Positions 8,308-17,615 of a DNA stretch of 64,000 nt are shown piece after piece. The notes under the pieces were generated by a model that had not been told where the DNA came from, did no database searches, and saw nothing but the letters and a program-made list of their open reading frames with translations. The translations under genes were made by a program, and so were the position numbers. The stretch is from an uncultured Clostridia bacterium (GTDB taxonomy: Bacteria > Bacillota > Clostridia > Christensenellales > CAG-917). The stretch is from NCBI GenBank assembly GCA_934277645.1, contig CAKQUX010000002.1:241897-305896 (forward strand), given 5' to 3'. Position 1 is the first letter of the stretch. Each line of letters begins with the position of its first letter.

Positions 8308-8898
8308 TCAATACTTGATGATTTCAAGAGTTTTGTTTTCTCTGACAATCATAAAAGCGACGCCGTTTATTTCGTCAAGGCTTATTTGACCAATGCTTCG
8401 ACTGTCGTGCGAGACGTTGCGGTTGTCGCCCAAAAGATAGACGTAGCCGTTTTTCACAGTGAACTCTTCGACTTGCAACGGCGAAAAGCCCGAGTACATA
8501 ATTTTGTTTTCTTTGCTTAAATATTCGCCGTTTTCCTTAACGCCGTTTACGTAAAGGACGCCGTCTACGATTTTAACTTTGTCGCCGCCTATTGCCACGG
8601 CTCGTTTTATAAAAGTTTTGTTTTCGCTCTTAACGGTTGCGACGACGATATTGCCGCGTTTTACTTTTCTCACTTTGTCCACGATGACTTTATCTCCGTC
8701 GGTATAATCGTTGTCTTTGCCGCCGTTCAGATACGGGAGCATAGACGTGCCGTCAACGATGAAAGATTCGGTGACGACAGCAAGAGCGATAACCACGGCA
8801 AGAAGAGCAACCAAAAAAACGGAAATAACAATCGTTGCGGTTAATTTCCGTTTGTTTTTTTTCGGTTCTGAAACTTCAAGCTCTTCAAATTCGTTCAT
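8308..8898 (-). CDS. lepB: signal peptidase I
   Basis: N-terminal TM segment plus S26 boxes GTSMLP, KRAVAIGGD and GDNRNVSHDSR. Confidence 0.9.
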   Translation of the reverse strand: MNEFEELEVSEPKKNKRKLTATIVISVFLVALLAVVIALAVVTESFIVDGTSMLPYLNGGKDNDYTDGDKVIVDKVRKVKRGNIVVATVKSENKTFIKRAVAIGGDKVKIVDGVLYVNGVKENGEYLSKENKIMYSGFSPLQVEEFTVKNGYVYLLGDNRNVSHDSRSIGQISLDEINGVAFMIVRENKTLEIIKY

Positions 8899-8905
8899 AA
8901 AAGTA

Positions 8906-10561
8906 TTATATCCAAATTATGTTGTTTAGTATAACGCCTGCAACGTTTTTGAAAACGGTTATCTGCGTGTCGGAAAACAGACCGAGCGGCTTGCCGTCTT
9001 CCGATTTGAAATCGGACGGGGTCAGCAAAACCTTTTGCCAGCGTTCGCCGCCTTTGAGCGAGCATTTCGCAACGTACGACGCACCCGTATAAATAGAAGT
9101 GAGCTGAATTCTGATATCGCGTTGCGACGGACTGTAAAAGTCGATTTTTAAAATGCTTGCTTTGTCTTTTGCGAAGTCCGACTTCATAAGATTGTTTGTC
9201 GTAAGATATCCGCTGTCTACGCTTACGCCTTTTATTCCGAAAGGTCCTTTTTTAAGTTTAAGGTCGTCTTCGTCAACGATAACGGAAAACGTTCTCGGCG
9301 CAAAACTCGCAATACCTTTTTTGTTGGTATAAACAATTCGGTTGCTTTCGATGACGGCAGGGGCTTGTTTTACTCCGTCAAATTTATCTCTCGAAATCGA
9401 AGTTATAAGCGTGGAAACAACCACTCCGTTGTACGTCACGTTTGCAAAAGCCGACAGCTTTTCGTTGTTGTCGAAAGGGACGACGTCATAAATGTGTTTA
9501 AAGCCGTCTATATTGTCTTCTTCTAACGAGAACCAATCTCGTATCGGAGCAGGGGCGTTGTCATACGAAATAAAAGTTTCGATGCAGTCGCAGTCGGAGT
9601 TCGTGTCCACAGTCAAAGTCAGTTTGTCACCGTCGACGTTAAACGCTATGGTAGGAAGCGGCAATTTTTCCGCCTCCGACTTAAATGCAGAGTCCGCCCA
9701 TTTAAGCAAGCCTAAAAAACAGTCTTTGGCGAGTTGCTTGTTTGTTCTCGGCGAAATGGACAAAATTTTAGACGGCGAAGATATGCCTGCCATAATTTCG
9801 TTCGCTTTGTCGATGCTCGCAAAATCGTTGTTTGTGCTGGTTGCATAGGCGATAGGGCAAGAAATGAAATGCGCATAAGTTTCGGGACAGATGCCTGAAA
9901 CCCAAGCTCTTTCTTCTTCCGACTCTAAAAGGGAAGTATCCTTTTTGCCGTAATTATTGTAACCGCAACCCATAACAGGCATAGCCGCATGGACTCTGCC
10001 GTCGATGCCTGCCACAATCCAAGCAAGTTGCGCGCCGTGTATGTAGCCGACGACGTTTATTTTTTCGTTGTCGACAAGAGTTTGCTCGCTGATTAAAGTG
10101 ATGGCGCGTCTTGCGATTTTAGACCACACAAACCAAGGCGTAACTCTTGCCGATTCGCCCATATATCCGAGATTATTCTTTGCGTTTTCATAAGATGCAA
10201 ATTTTAACGATTCGGGGAAAGAAGTTCTCGTTTCGCGCGACGTGACAAAACCCGCGTAATCCAAAATAAAGACGACGTAACCGTTTTTTACAAAGAGTTT
10301 TTCAATTTCGTCAAAGGCGGTATTTTCGCTGAGATTTGCGAGAAAAAGAACGGCGGGACGTTTTTCATTCAGGTGTTGGTCGTGAATCATTTTGCAATAG
10401 GCTCTGACCTTGCCGTCGGCGACCGTTTCCGCCGTGAAAAACATTTCCGTTTCCAGACAATCGTTTTTTAATTGACACTTTTCGACGTATGTTTCAAGCG
10501 GCTCCTTAACAGGGTTGAAACTTTCCCATACTTCCGTAGGCGTCATAAATCTAATTTCCAT
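8906..10561 (-). CDS. alpha/beta-hydrolase-fold-like protein, function unknown
   Basis: Esterase-like N-terminal half, but the nucleophile-elbow position reads GYIHG (no Ser). Start chosen at ATG 10561, 6 nt after a TATAAT box. The TTG at 10576 and ATG at 10546 remain possible. Confidence 0.5.
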   Translation of the reverse strand: MEIRFMTPTEVWESFNPVKEPLETYVEKCQLKNDCLETEMFFTAETVADGKVRAYCKMIHDQHLNEKRPAVLFLANLSENTAFDEIEKLFVKNGYVVFILDYAGFVTSRETRTSFPESLKFASYENAKNNLGYMGESARVTPWFVWSKIARRAITLISEQTLVDNEKINVVGYIHGAQLAWIVAGIDGRVHAAMPVMGCGYNNYGKKDTSLLESEEERAWVSGICPETYAHFISCPIAYATSTNNDFASIDKANEIMAGISSPSKILSISPRTNKQLAKDCFLGLLKWADSAFKSEAEKLPLPTIAFNVDGDKLTLTVDTNSDCDCIETFISYDNAPAPIRDWFSLEEDNIDGFKHIYDVVPFDNNEKLSAFANVTYNGVVVSTLITSISRDKFDGVKQAPAVIESNRIVYTNKKGIASFAPRTFSVIVDEDDLKLKKGPFGIKGVSVDSGYLTTNNLMKSDFAKDKASILKIDFYSPSQRDIRIQLTSIYTGASYVAKCSLKGGERWQKVLLTPSDFKSEDGKPLGLFSDTQITVFKNVAGVILNNIIWI

Positions 10562-10567
10562 AACCAA

Positions 10568-10596
10568 ATTATACAACGAATAAGCGTTTAAGTCAA
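10568..10596 (-). promoter_or_regulatory. sigma-A-type promoter TTGACT-17-TATAAT; -10 ends 6 nt before ATG 10561 (leaderless)
   Basis: Minus strand reads ttgacttaaacgcttattcgttgtataatttggttATG. Confidence 0.6.
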
Positions 10597-10828
10597 TTTT
10601 TATATCGAATGATAAAAAAATTACCGATTGGTAAAAAACGGACTTTAAAAACCAAATTCGATATTTAAAATTAAGTTTATTAAGTTTACAAAATTTTATT
10701 TGTTATTAGTCTATCGCCTACATATTAAAGCGGCAAGATACTTTAAGGATAGGCAAAACAATCGGACGCAAAAAGCGAGAACCTTTATATGGCGCAATGA
10801 ATATTATATAAAAGTTTTGGAGGTGGTT

Positions 10829-11200
10829 ATGGACTATCTTTTGCCCGATGACGACACAATGGAAAAAATGGCGGCGGAATATGCGGCAATAAGGCGAAAC
10901 GCTTCGGTTTTATCAAACGGCGAAAAAGCAGAAAGAGCGCGCATTGACGACGTAGAAAAAACTGCGCCGAAGGTATCTGCGATGAAAAATAAAAACAACG
11001 AAACCGAAAACGGAACTTCAAGCGGAAGCGACAACGAAAACGCCGCTTCGAACGACGATACGCAACTCGGCAGCGACTTGCCGAGGAACACGCCTGAAAG
11101 CAACGACGAAACGTCCTTGACGGAACAAAATCCGAAGTTTAACCGCCGAGTAAGAAACACTATGGTGATACTTATGCTTTTAAGGTCGCTTAGAGATTAA
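10829..11200 (+). CDS. hypothetical acidic, low-complexity protein
   Basis: Start set at ATG 10829 after GGAGGTG. 123 aa, rich in N/E/S/D; no family recognised. Confidence 0.5.
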   Translation: MDYLLPDDDTMEKMAAEYAAIRRNASVLSNGEKAERARIDDVEKTAPKVSAMKNKNNETENGTSSGSDNENAASNDDTQLGSDLPRNTPESNDETSLTEQNPKFNRRVRNTMVILMLLRSLRD

Positions 11201-11355
11201 GCCGAATTTTGAGTAGGGTTTAGCATTAAAACATAAAACGACAGCATTGCAAAAACCCGGAAAGGTTTTGCAGATATGTGTAGCATTAAAACATAATTAA
11301 AACATAATTGATAGCATTACAGCCGCCTGAAAGGCGGCGTATATTTTGCTACAAA

Positions 11356-12489
11356 CTAACTTTTGACAAGCGAAATTTCAACTTCGGGTTTAAACTGAGC
11401 CGAGTCTAAAACGTGCGACAAGTCGGCGCTAAGTCCTTCGCTTTGCCAAACGAGATTTTTAATCATAAGGAAATCGGAGCCGCTTGATTTTGAAAGATTG
11501 AAAGCATCGCTGAGTTTGTTTTCAAGTTCTTGTTTGAGTTTTTTCGTAAACGTTTCTTTGAATTCTTTCGACAGCAAATATTCGCTGAAATTTACGCTTT
11601 CGATTTCTTTTATGGCAACGTCGGCAGACAGTTTTGCCGAAACTTTGTTGTTTTCGTATTTCATTTTGGTTTTAGATTTTACGATTTGATATTCGATTTT
11701 ATAATCATCGTAAACAATCGACAAATTAGCTTCCGAAATCTGCTTGCGCATAAGATTGACTGCGCCGACGGCGTTTTCGTCAAGCGTAACAATCGAACCG
11801 CCTTTTGTCACGGCGAAGTTGCTTTTCAAGTCGGGCGCGACGTATTTGCCGTTGCCTTTTGAACTTGACAAAATCGAATCGTCGTCTAATTCTATCGGTC
11901 TACAAACGGGGACAAGCACTGTTTCCGATTTCGAAGAGTAGTCGGTTAAAAACGTATTGATGTGTGTTTTTGTGACAAGTCCGCGTTTTTCGGTGAGCAA
12001 TCTCGATTGAAGATAAAACGTCATTACGTCGGCGGTCGGAACTCTCAGTTTCATAATGCTTTCGGGAGCGTCGTCAGTTGCGACAAGCACTGCGTTTAGC
12101 GGCAAAAGCCAGCTTGTCGTAAGGTTTACGAGATAGCTGTCGGGGCCGTGTAGAAGAGCAACTTTTGACAGCATAACTATGTTGCAGTGTGCAAGCGACA
12201 AAACGTGTCCCGTTTTTGATCCGATATTGTTCAGAGCTTCCGAAACGGTGGACGCTTTGTCCGTAATCGTCGCGAACGTGTCCGCGCTTGAACTTTCCGA
12301 CGCGTCGCCCGACGACGGCGAAACGATTTGCGCAGTGACGACGTAGTTTACGCCGTCATAATCGATACCTAACATACAAACAAGGTTTCTTTCCGAAATG
12401 GAAAACGTGCTGACCGTTCTTCCGAGAAAGGTTAATACGACGACGAAAATTATAATGATCAAAGATTTAAATTTGAACGCTTTTCGCAT
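11356..12489 (-). CDS. spore germination protein, Ger(x)C lipoprotein family
   Basis: 377 aa. N-terminal hydrophobic signal-like segment, followed further in by LVCMLGIDYDG, typical of GerAC/KC proteins. Third gene of the receptor operon. Confidence 0.8.
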   Translation of the reverse strand: MRKAFKFKSLIIIIFVVVLTFLGRTVSTFSISERNLVCMLGIDYDGVNYVVTAQIVSPSSGDASESSSADTFATITDKASTVSEALNNIGSKTGHVLSLAHCNIVMLSKVALLHGPDSYLVNLTTSWLLPLNAVLVATDDAPESIMKLRVPTADVMTFYLQSRLLTEKRGLVTKTHINTFLTDYSSKSETVLVPVCRPIELDDDSILSSSKGNGKYVAPDLKSNFAVTKGGSIVTLDENAVGAVNLMRKQISEANLSIVYDDYKIEYQIVKSKTKMKYENNKVSAKLSADVAIKEIESVNFSEYLLSKEFKETFTKKLKQELENKLSDAFNLSKSSGSDFLMIKNLVWQSEGLSADLSHVLDSAQFKPEVEISLVKS

Positions 12490-13525
12490 TTTTTCTCCTT
12501 TTTATTGCAAGTATTATGACCAGCAAAATAGGCAGAGCCGTTACAAGCCCAAACATAACGTAGCCGAAAACTCCGACTGCGTTTTCGATTATTACGTCAT
12601 ATCGTTTGATTGCGACGTAAGGTATGATTAAAGCAAGAATGGAAAACACGGTGACAACGGAACGCTTTTTGACTATTCTGCATCCTGCTTCCGTCATTGC
12701 CCAGAACACCAGACCGCCTTCGATAAATCCGCCGATTGTCCAAGGAACGATGCTCAGCCATTGAAGTCGTCCGAGTACCGCAGACAGCTGATTGAATACG
12801 GAAAGGTTTACAAGTATATTGTCGGCAATCGCCAAAGCGTCGCCGAAAATGGCAATGGACAGCATAGTGATTATACAAATCAAAGCGTAACTTATGCCGA
12901 TAAAAATCGGAAGGACGCCCTTTTTGCTTTTTTTGATTTTGACGAATAAAAACGGCAAAGCGTCGCCAAACCATAAACCGTAACCGAAACCGCTTTTGAA
13001 TATGGTGAGAGAGTCGGTCGCCAAAAACGGTTTTAAGCGATCGAAGTTGAAATTCGCATCAAGGAACGCAAGAAGCAAAAACAGGCATACTCCCGAAAAG
13101 AAAACGAAAAATTCTCCGCAACGGGCAATCGAGCGTATTCCCTTTATTGCAAGATACGCAATCGGAGTCACAAGCGTAATTATGATGATGTAAAGCGAAA
13201 TCGAGTCGAACATAAAGTTCGTTACGAAGTTTGCCATAAACGCAAGATAGACGAAGAGTTTTGCAAAGAAAAAGAAATACAGCGCAACGCAAACGGGATA
13301 TCTGATTTTCGATTTGTCGAGCAATTCTACGCCGCCACGTTCGACAAAAACGTAGACAAGGCAAAACAAAACTATTTCCACAAGCGTCATAAAAATCATA
13401 GCCAAAAATACCGAAGTCGAAATATCTCTTGCCCACAGCGCAGGTAGAGAAGACAACTTTACGGCAGTTGACGAAAGAAATATTAAGATTGCCATCTGGC
13501 GAGTGTAGATAGTGTTGTCTTGCAT
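12467..13525 (-). CDS. spore germination protein, GerAB-type (APC-like permease subunit)
   Basis: 352-aa polytopic membrane protein with a GerAB-like N-terminus (IYTRQMAILIFLSS). Overlaps both neighbouring genes. Confidence 0.8.
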   Translation of the reverse strand: MQDNTIYTRQMAILIFLSSTAVKLSSLPALWARDISTSVFLAMIFMTLVEIVLFCLVYVFVERGGVELLDKSKIRYPVCVALYFFFFAKLFVYLAFMANFVTNFMFDSISLYIIIITLVTPIAYLAIKGIRSIARCGEFFVFFSGVCLFLLLAFLDANFNFDRLKPFLATDSLTIFKSGFGYGLWFGDALPFLFVKIKKSKKGVLPIFIGISYALICIITMLSIAIFGDALAIADNILVNLSVFNQLSAVLGRLQWLSIVPWTIGGFIEGGLVFWAMTEAGCRIVKKRSVVTVFSILALIIPYVAIKRYDVIIENAVGVFGYVMFGLVTALPILLVIILAIKRRKNAKSVQI

Positions 13526-14949
13526 TATTTTCTCCTACGGTTGTGATTTGGAAAAGACAAGGGTCTTGTCTTTTGATTGACGTTGAGCGACTTTAATAGT
13601 CCGTCCTTTAAGTCGGACGAAACGATAGGGGCGAACGGCGCGGCAAACGGCGTGCCGTAATTGTTTATCGAAACGATATAGCAAACCGTCATAATGGTGG
13701 CAATCAAAAGTCCGTAAAGACCTAAGACGGCGGCAATGCAAACGAAGATTGCTCGCAGCATAGATATGACGTTTACTTGGCTCGGCACGCAGAATATGCC
13801 GATTGACGACAGCGCGATAATCAGTACGGCAGGCGACGAGATAAGCCCTGCCTTGACGGCTGTATCGCCAAGAACGATTGCGCCGACGATAGAAAGGGAA
13901 ATGCCCAAAAATCTCGGCATACGAATCGACGCTTGATTTAGTATTTCAAACAAAAGCAAAACGAGCAAAATTTCGATTTGCGGCGGAAAAGGAATTCCGT
14001 TTGTTGCGTTAAGCAAAGTAATCAAAAACTTTAAAGGCAACAAATGGAAATGGAACGTTTCAAACGCAACGTATGCGGCAGGCAGAAAAATCGTAAGCAA
14101 CATTCCGATAATTCGGAATATTCTGATAAGCGACGCGCGCCAATCGTTGCTGTAATAGTCGTATGCGTCCTGCATAGCCTCGAACAACAAAAACGGCACG
14201 GTGAGTACCGACGGCGAACCGTCCACTATGATTGCTATTCTGCCTTCTAAGAGTTTTGCGGCAACGACGTCGGGTTTTTCGGACGAGCCGACTTGTGTAA
14301 AAAGACTGTACTTGTTTTCGCAAAGATATTGTTCGATATAATAGCTGTCCAATATACCGTCCGTCTTAATTTTTGAAATACGCTCTTTAACCGTTGAAAT
14401 TATCGTTTTATCCGCAATGCCGTCGATGTAGCAAACGGCAACCGAAGTATGCGTTTGCTTGCCCACAGTCATATTCGTGATAACTAATTTTTCCGATTTT
14501 ATCTTACGACGGATAAGAGTTGTATTTGCTTTTATATCTTCGATAAACCCTTCGCGCGGACCTCTCAGCACGCTTTCTGTCGGCGGCTCGGCGACGCTGC
14601 GCATTACGGTTTTTCTTAGCGGAAAGCAAAAACAACCCTCGGCTCCGTCTATCAAAAGGACAACGTCACCGTTTGCGATATGCGATAAAACGTCGCCAAG
14701 CTCAACCGATACGTCAATGGTTTCGGGGAACGGCAAATTTTTCAAGCTGTCGTAAACGGGAACAGACAAAGTAGTTCCCGTCAGACTGCTAAGCACGTCC
14801 CTTGTCAAAATATCTTTATCGACAAAGCCGTCCAGATAGCAAACGGCAGCCGCGCCTAAATTGACGTCAAAGTTTTTGACGATAAGGTCGTCGCTGTCCG
14901 AATATGCGTTTTTTACGTCGTTAGTCAGTTTTTCAAGTTCTACTGTCAT
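13525..14949 (-). CDS. spore germination protein, GerAA-type subunit
   Basis: GerA-family core with C-terminal TM helices. Start moved to ATG 14949, preceded by GAGGG. Confidence 0.8.
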   Translation of the reverse strand: MTVELEKLTNDVKNAYSDSDDLIVKNFDVNLGAAAVCYLDGFVDKDILTRDVLSSLTGTTLSVPVYDSLKNLPFPETIDVSVELGDVLSHIANGDVVLLIDGAEGCFCFPLRKTVMRSVAEPPTESVLRGPREGFIEDIKANTTLIRRKIKSEKLVITNMTVGKQTHTSVAVCYIDGIADKTIISTVKERISKIKTDGILDSYYIEQYLCENKYSLFTQVGSSEKPDVVAAKLLEGRIAIIVDGSPSVLTVPFLLFEAMQDAYDYYSNDWRASLIRIFRIIGMLLTIFLPAAYVAFETFHFHLLPLKFLITLLNATNGIPFPPQIEILLVLLLFEILNQASIRMPRFLGISLSIVGAIVLGDTAVKAGLISSPAVLIIALSSIGIFCVPSQVNVISMLRAIFVCIAAVLGLYGLLIATIMTVCYIVSINNYGTPFAAPFAPIVSSDLKDGLLKSLNVNQKTRPLSFPNHNRRRK

Positions 14950-15247
14950 AATTGCCCTCGACTTATCTTTTTTCAATTTAGGGAAAATATGCAAGGCTAT
15001 GAAAATATGAATTAACTTGTTGGGCAAGCACGTCGATTAAGGTATAATGAACGCGGTTATACGGACGGCGAGAAAATCGAACGGCAAAACGCAACTGAAA
15101 AACGCAACCAAACCGAAAAAAAGGTTGCTTTAACGTGTAAATTAGCAGGCGCGGCCTAGCGAACAAGGCGAAAGATTGCGATTTTATCGATTACGAAGTT
15201 TACAGCCAAAAGCGTGCAATGACGCCTGACAATTTGATTGTAACTTC

Positions 15248-15276
15248 TTGACTATTTAAGTGCTTGAGGCTAAAAT
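15248..15276 (+). promoter_or_regulatory. sigma-A-type promoter TTGACT-17-TAAAAT; -10 ends 7 nt before ATG 15284 (leaderless candidate)
   Basis: TTGACT at 15248-15253 and TAAAAT at 15271-15276, then agcttgt and the ATG. Confidence 0.55.
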
Positions 15277-15283
15277 AGCTTGT

Positions 15284-16093
15284 ATGGAAAAAATCATTGA
15301 CATACACGCACATATCTATCCTGAAAAAATAGCAAGAAAAGCCGTCGAGTCCATAGGGTCGTTTTACGACATATCTATGGTGGGCGGAAACGGCACCGGC
15401 GAGGATTTGCTTTTTAGCGGCGGCAAAATCGGCGTCGAAAGGTACGTTGTTCATTCAACGGCAACAAAACCCGAACAAGTACAAGCGATAAACGATTTTA
15501 TCAGCGGCGAATGTAAACTGCACAGTGAATTTATAGGATACGCCACGCTTCATCCCGATATGGAAGAAGAGGCAATAGCCTTAGAGGTCGAAAGAATAAA
15601 GGAACTCGGTCTTAAAGGCATAAAACTTCATCCGGACTTTCAACGGTTTTTTATAGACGAGGACAGAGCGGAAAAGATATATAGACAAGTCGAAGGAAAG
15701 TTGCCTATTCTTTTTCACACGGGCGACCCTCGATACGATTTTTCGTCACCGCTCAGAATGAGTCGTGTCGCAAAGCGGCATAAAAACCTTATTTCAATCG
15801 GCGCGCATTTCGGCGGTTATTGTCGTTGGGATGAAGTCGAAGTATACAAAGGACTTGACAATATGTTTTTTGATACTTCAAGTACGTTGTTTAGGCTAAG
15901 TCCCGAAAAAGCGAAAAACATAATGAATATGCTCGGCATTGAAAAATTTATGTTTGGTGTAGATTTCCCTATGTGGGAGCACGACAAGGAGCTTGAAAGG
16001 TTTTACGGTTTAAGGCTCAGTAGCTCGGACAATGAAAAAGTGCTTTATAGCAATGCAATTCGTTTTTTGCGTCTTACCGGCGCAATCGATTGA
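15284..16093 (+). CDS. amidohydrolase-family metal-dependent hydrolase (TIM barrel)
   Basis: N-terminal IIDIHAHIYPE metal-binding motif. About 269 aa. Confidence 0.7.
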   Translation: MEKIIDIHAHIYPEKIARKAVESIGSFYDISMVGGNGTGEDLLFSGGKIGVERYVVHSTATKPEQVQAINDFISGECKLHSEFIGYATLHPDMEEEAIALEVERIKELGLKGIKLHPDFQRFFIDEDRAEKIYRQVEGKLPILFHTGDPRYDFSSPLRMSRVAKRHKNLISIGAHFGGYCRWDEVEVYKGLDNMFFDTSSTLFRLSPEKAKNIMNMLGIEKFMFGVDFPMWEHDKELERFYGLRLSSSDNEKVLYSNAIRFLRLTGAID

Positions 16094-16158
16094 CAAAACT
16101 TTAAGGTTAGTTTATTATCTAATAGTGAAAACGATATCAAACCAAAAGCGAATATGCC

Positions 16159-16200
16159 ACGCCAAATTGCGGGTTAGCCCGTGACTTGGCGTATTTTAAT
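16159..16200 (+). terminator. Rho-independent terminator (branched stem)
   Basis: Outer stem acgccaa/ttggcgt with an inner hairpin cggg-ttag-cccg, followed by attttaatttt. Confidence 0.55.
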
Positions 16201-16214
16201 TTTATGGAGATAGT

Positions 16215-17615
16215 ATGAAACCTTTGTATGAAAACCCACTTTGCACAAGATATTCGTCAACCGAAATGCAAACAATCTTTTCAGACGACGTTCGTTTCGG
16301 TCTTTGGAGAAGGCTTTGGCTTGCCTTGGCGAAATCGGAAAAAGCGTTAGGGCTCGATATAACCGACGAGCAAATAGCGGAACTTAGCGCGCATCTTGAC
16401 GATATCAATTACGAAGACGCTTTGGCGAAAGAAAAAGAAATTCACCACGACGTAATGAGCCACATCTATGCGTTGGGACTTTTATGCCCGAAAGCCAAAC
16501 CGATAATTCATTTAGGCGCGACAAGTTGTTTTGTAACCGACAACAGTGAGCTTATTATGATGTACCGCGCGCTTAAACTCGTAAAGGAAAGACTTATAAA
16601 GGTGATAAAAAATCTTTCGGATTTTGCGCTCGAATACAAGGATATGCCGACGCTCGGTTTTACGCATCTTCAAGCGGCGCAACTTACGACGGTTGGAAAA
16701 AGAGCCACGCTTTACGTTCAGGAACTTATGATGGACCTTGAAAACGTTAATAGCTTGTTGGAGAATTTTAAACTTAGGGGAATTAAAGGCACGACGGGAA
16801 CGCAAGCAAGTTTCTTAGAGCTGTTCAACGGCGACCACGAAAAAGTAAAACGTCTTAACGAAATGGTTGTAGGGGAAATGGGCTTTAAAAACTATTTTGC
16901 CGTTTCGGGACAAACCTATCCGAGAAAATATGACTTTTTCATTTTGTCAACGCTTTCGGGTATTGCGCAAAGTGCGTCTAAATTTGCAAACGACCTTAGA
17001 ATTTTGCAAAGCAAAAAGGAAATGGAAGAACCGTTCGGTAAAAAACAAGTCGGCTCTTCCGCTATGGCATACAAACGCAACCCGATGCTAAGTGAAAGAA
17101 TTTGTGCTTTAAGCCGATATCTTATCAGTCTTCCGCAAAACCCTGCCATGACTTCTTCGACGCAGTGGTTTGAAAGAACGCTCGACGACAGCGCAAATCG
17201 CAGACTTACAAACAGCGAAGCGTTTTTAACCGCCGACTCCATTTTGCTTTTGATGGACAAAGTTACAACGGGAATGGTTGTTTATCCTAAAATCATCGAA
17301 AAGCACGTCGGCGAAGAGCTTCCTTTTATGGCGACGGAAAACATCCTTATGGACTGCGTAAAAGCAGGAGGCGACCGTCAGGCTTTGCACGAGGCAATAA
17401 GAGAGTGCAGTATGGAAGCGGCGGCGCACGTCAAAATAGACGGACTTGAAAACGACCTTATCGAAAGACTTAAAGCAAAAGATGCGTTTAAGCCGTTTAA
17501 AGATTTGATTGATAAAGCAATGGACGCAAGGCTCTATATAGGCAGAGCAAGCGTACAAACGGAAGAATACGTTTCGGGCGAGGTTTTACCTGCCCTTGAA
17601 AAGGAGAAAAAATGA
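16215..17615 (+). CDS. purB: adenylosuccinate lyase
   Basis: 466 aa. Fumarate-lyase superfamily with a PurB-type N-terminus (YENPLCTRYSS.EM) and the SSAMAYKRNP signature. Confidence 0.9.
   Translation: MKPLYENPLCTRYSSTEMQTIFSDDVRFGLWRRLWLALAKSEKALGLDITDEQIAELSAHLDDINYEDALAKEKEIHHDVMSHIYALGLLCPKAKPIIHLGATSCFVTDNSELIMMYRALKLVKERLIKVIKNLSDFALEYKDMPTLGFTHLQAAQLTTVGKRATLYVQELMMDLENVNSLLENFKLRGIKGTTGTQASFLELFNGDHEKVKRLNEMVVGEMGFKNYFAVSGQTYPRKYDFFILSTLSGIAQSASKFANDLRILQSKKEMEEPFGKKQVGSSAMAYKRNPMLSERICALSRYLISLPQNPAMTSSTQWFERTLDDSANRRLTNSEAFLTADSILLLMDKVTTGMVVYPKIIEKHVGEELPFMATENILMDCVKAGGDRQALHEAIRECSMEAAAHVKIDGLENDLIERLKAKDAFKPFKDLIDKAMDARLYIGRASVQTEEYVSGEVLPALEKEKK

Noticed and set aside
7989-8348. 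A 119-aa minus-strand ORF between perR and lepB.
   Set aside because: It is an AT-rich region whose translation is a hydrophobic low-complexity string. It overlaps the perR promoter and the lepB 3' end and has no SD.
14950-15040. A possible forespore (sigma-G/F type) promoter upstream of the gerA-type operon (tTCATA..18 nt..CATATTT).
   Set aside because: It is only a loose match to GnATR / CATnnTA with mismatches at key positions, which is too weak to report as a feature.
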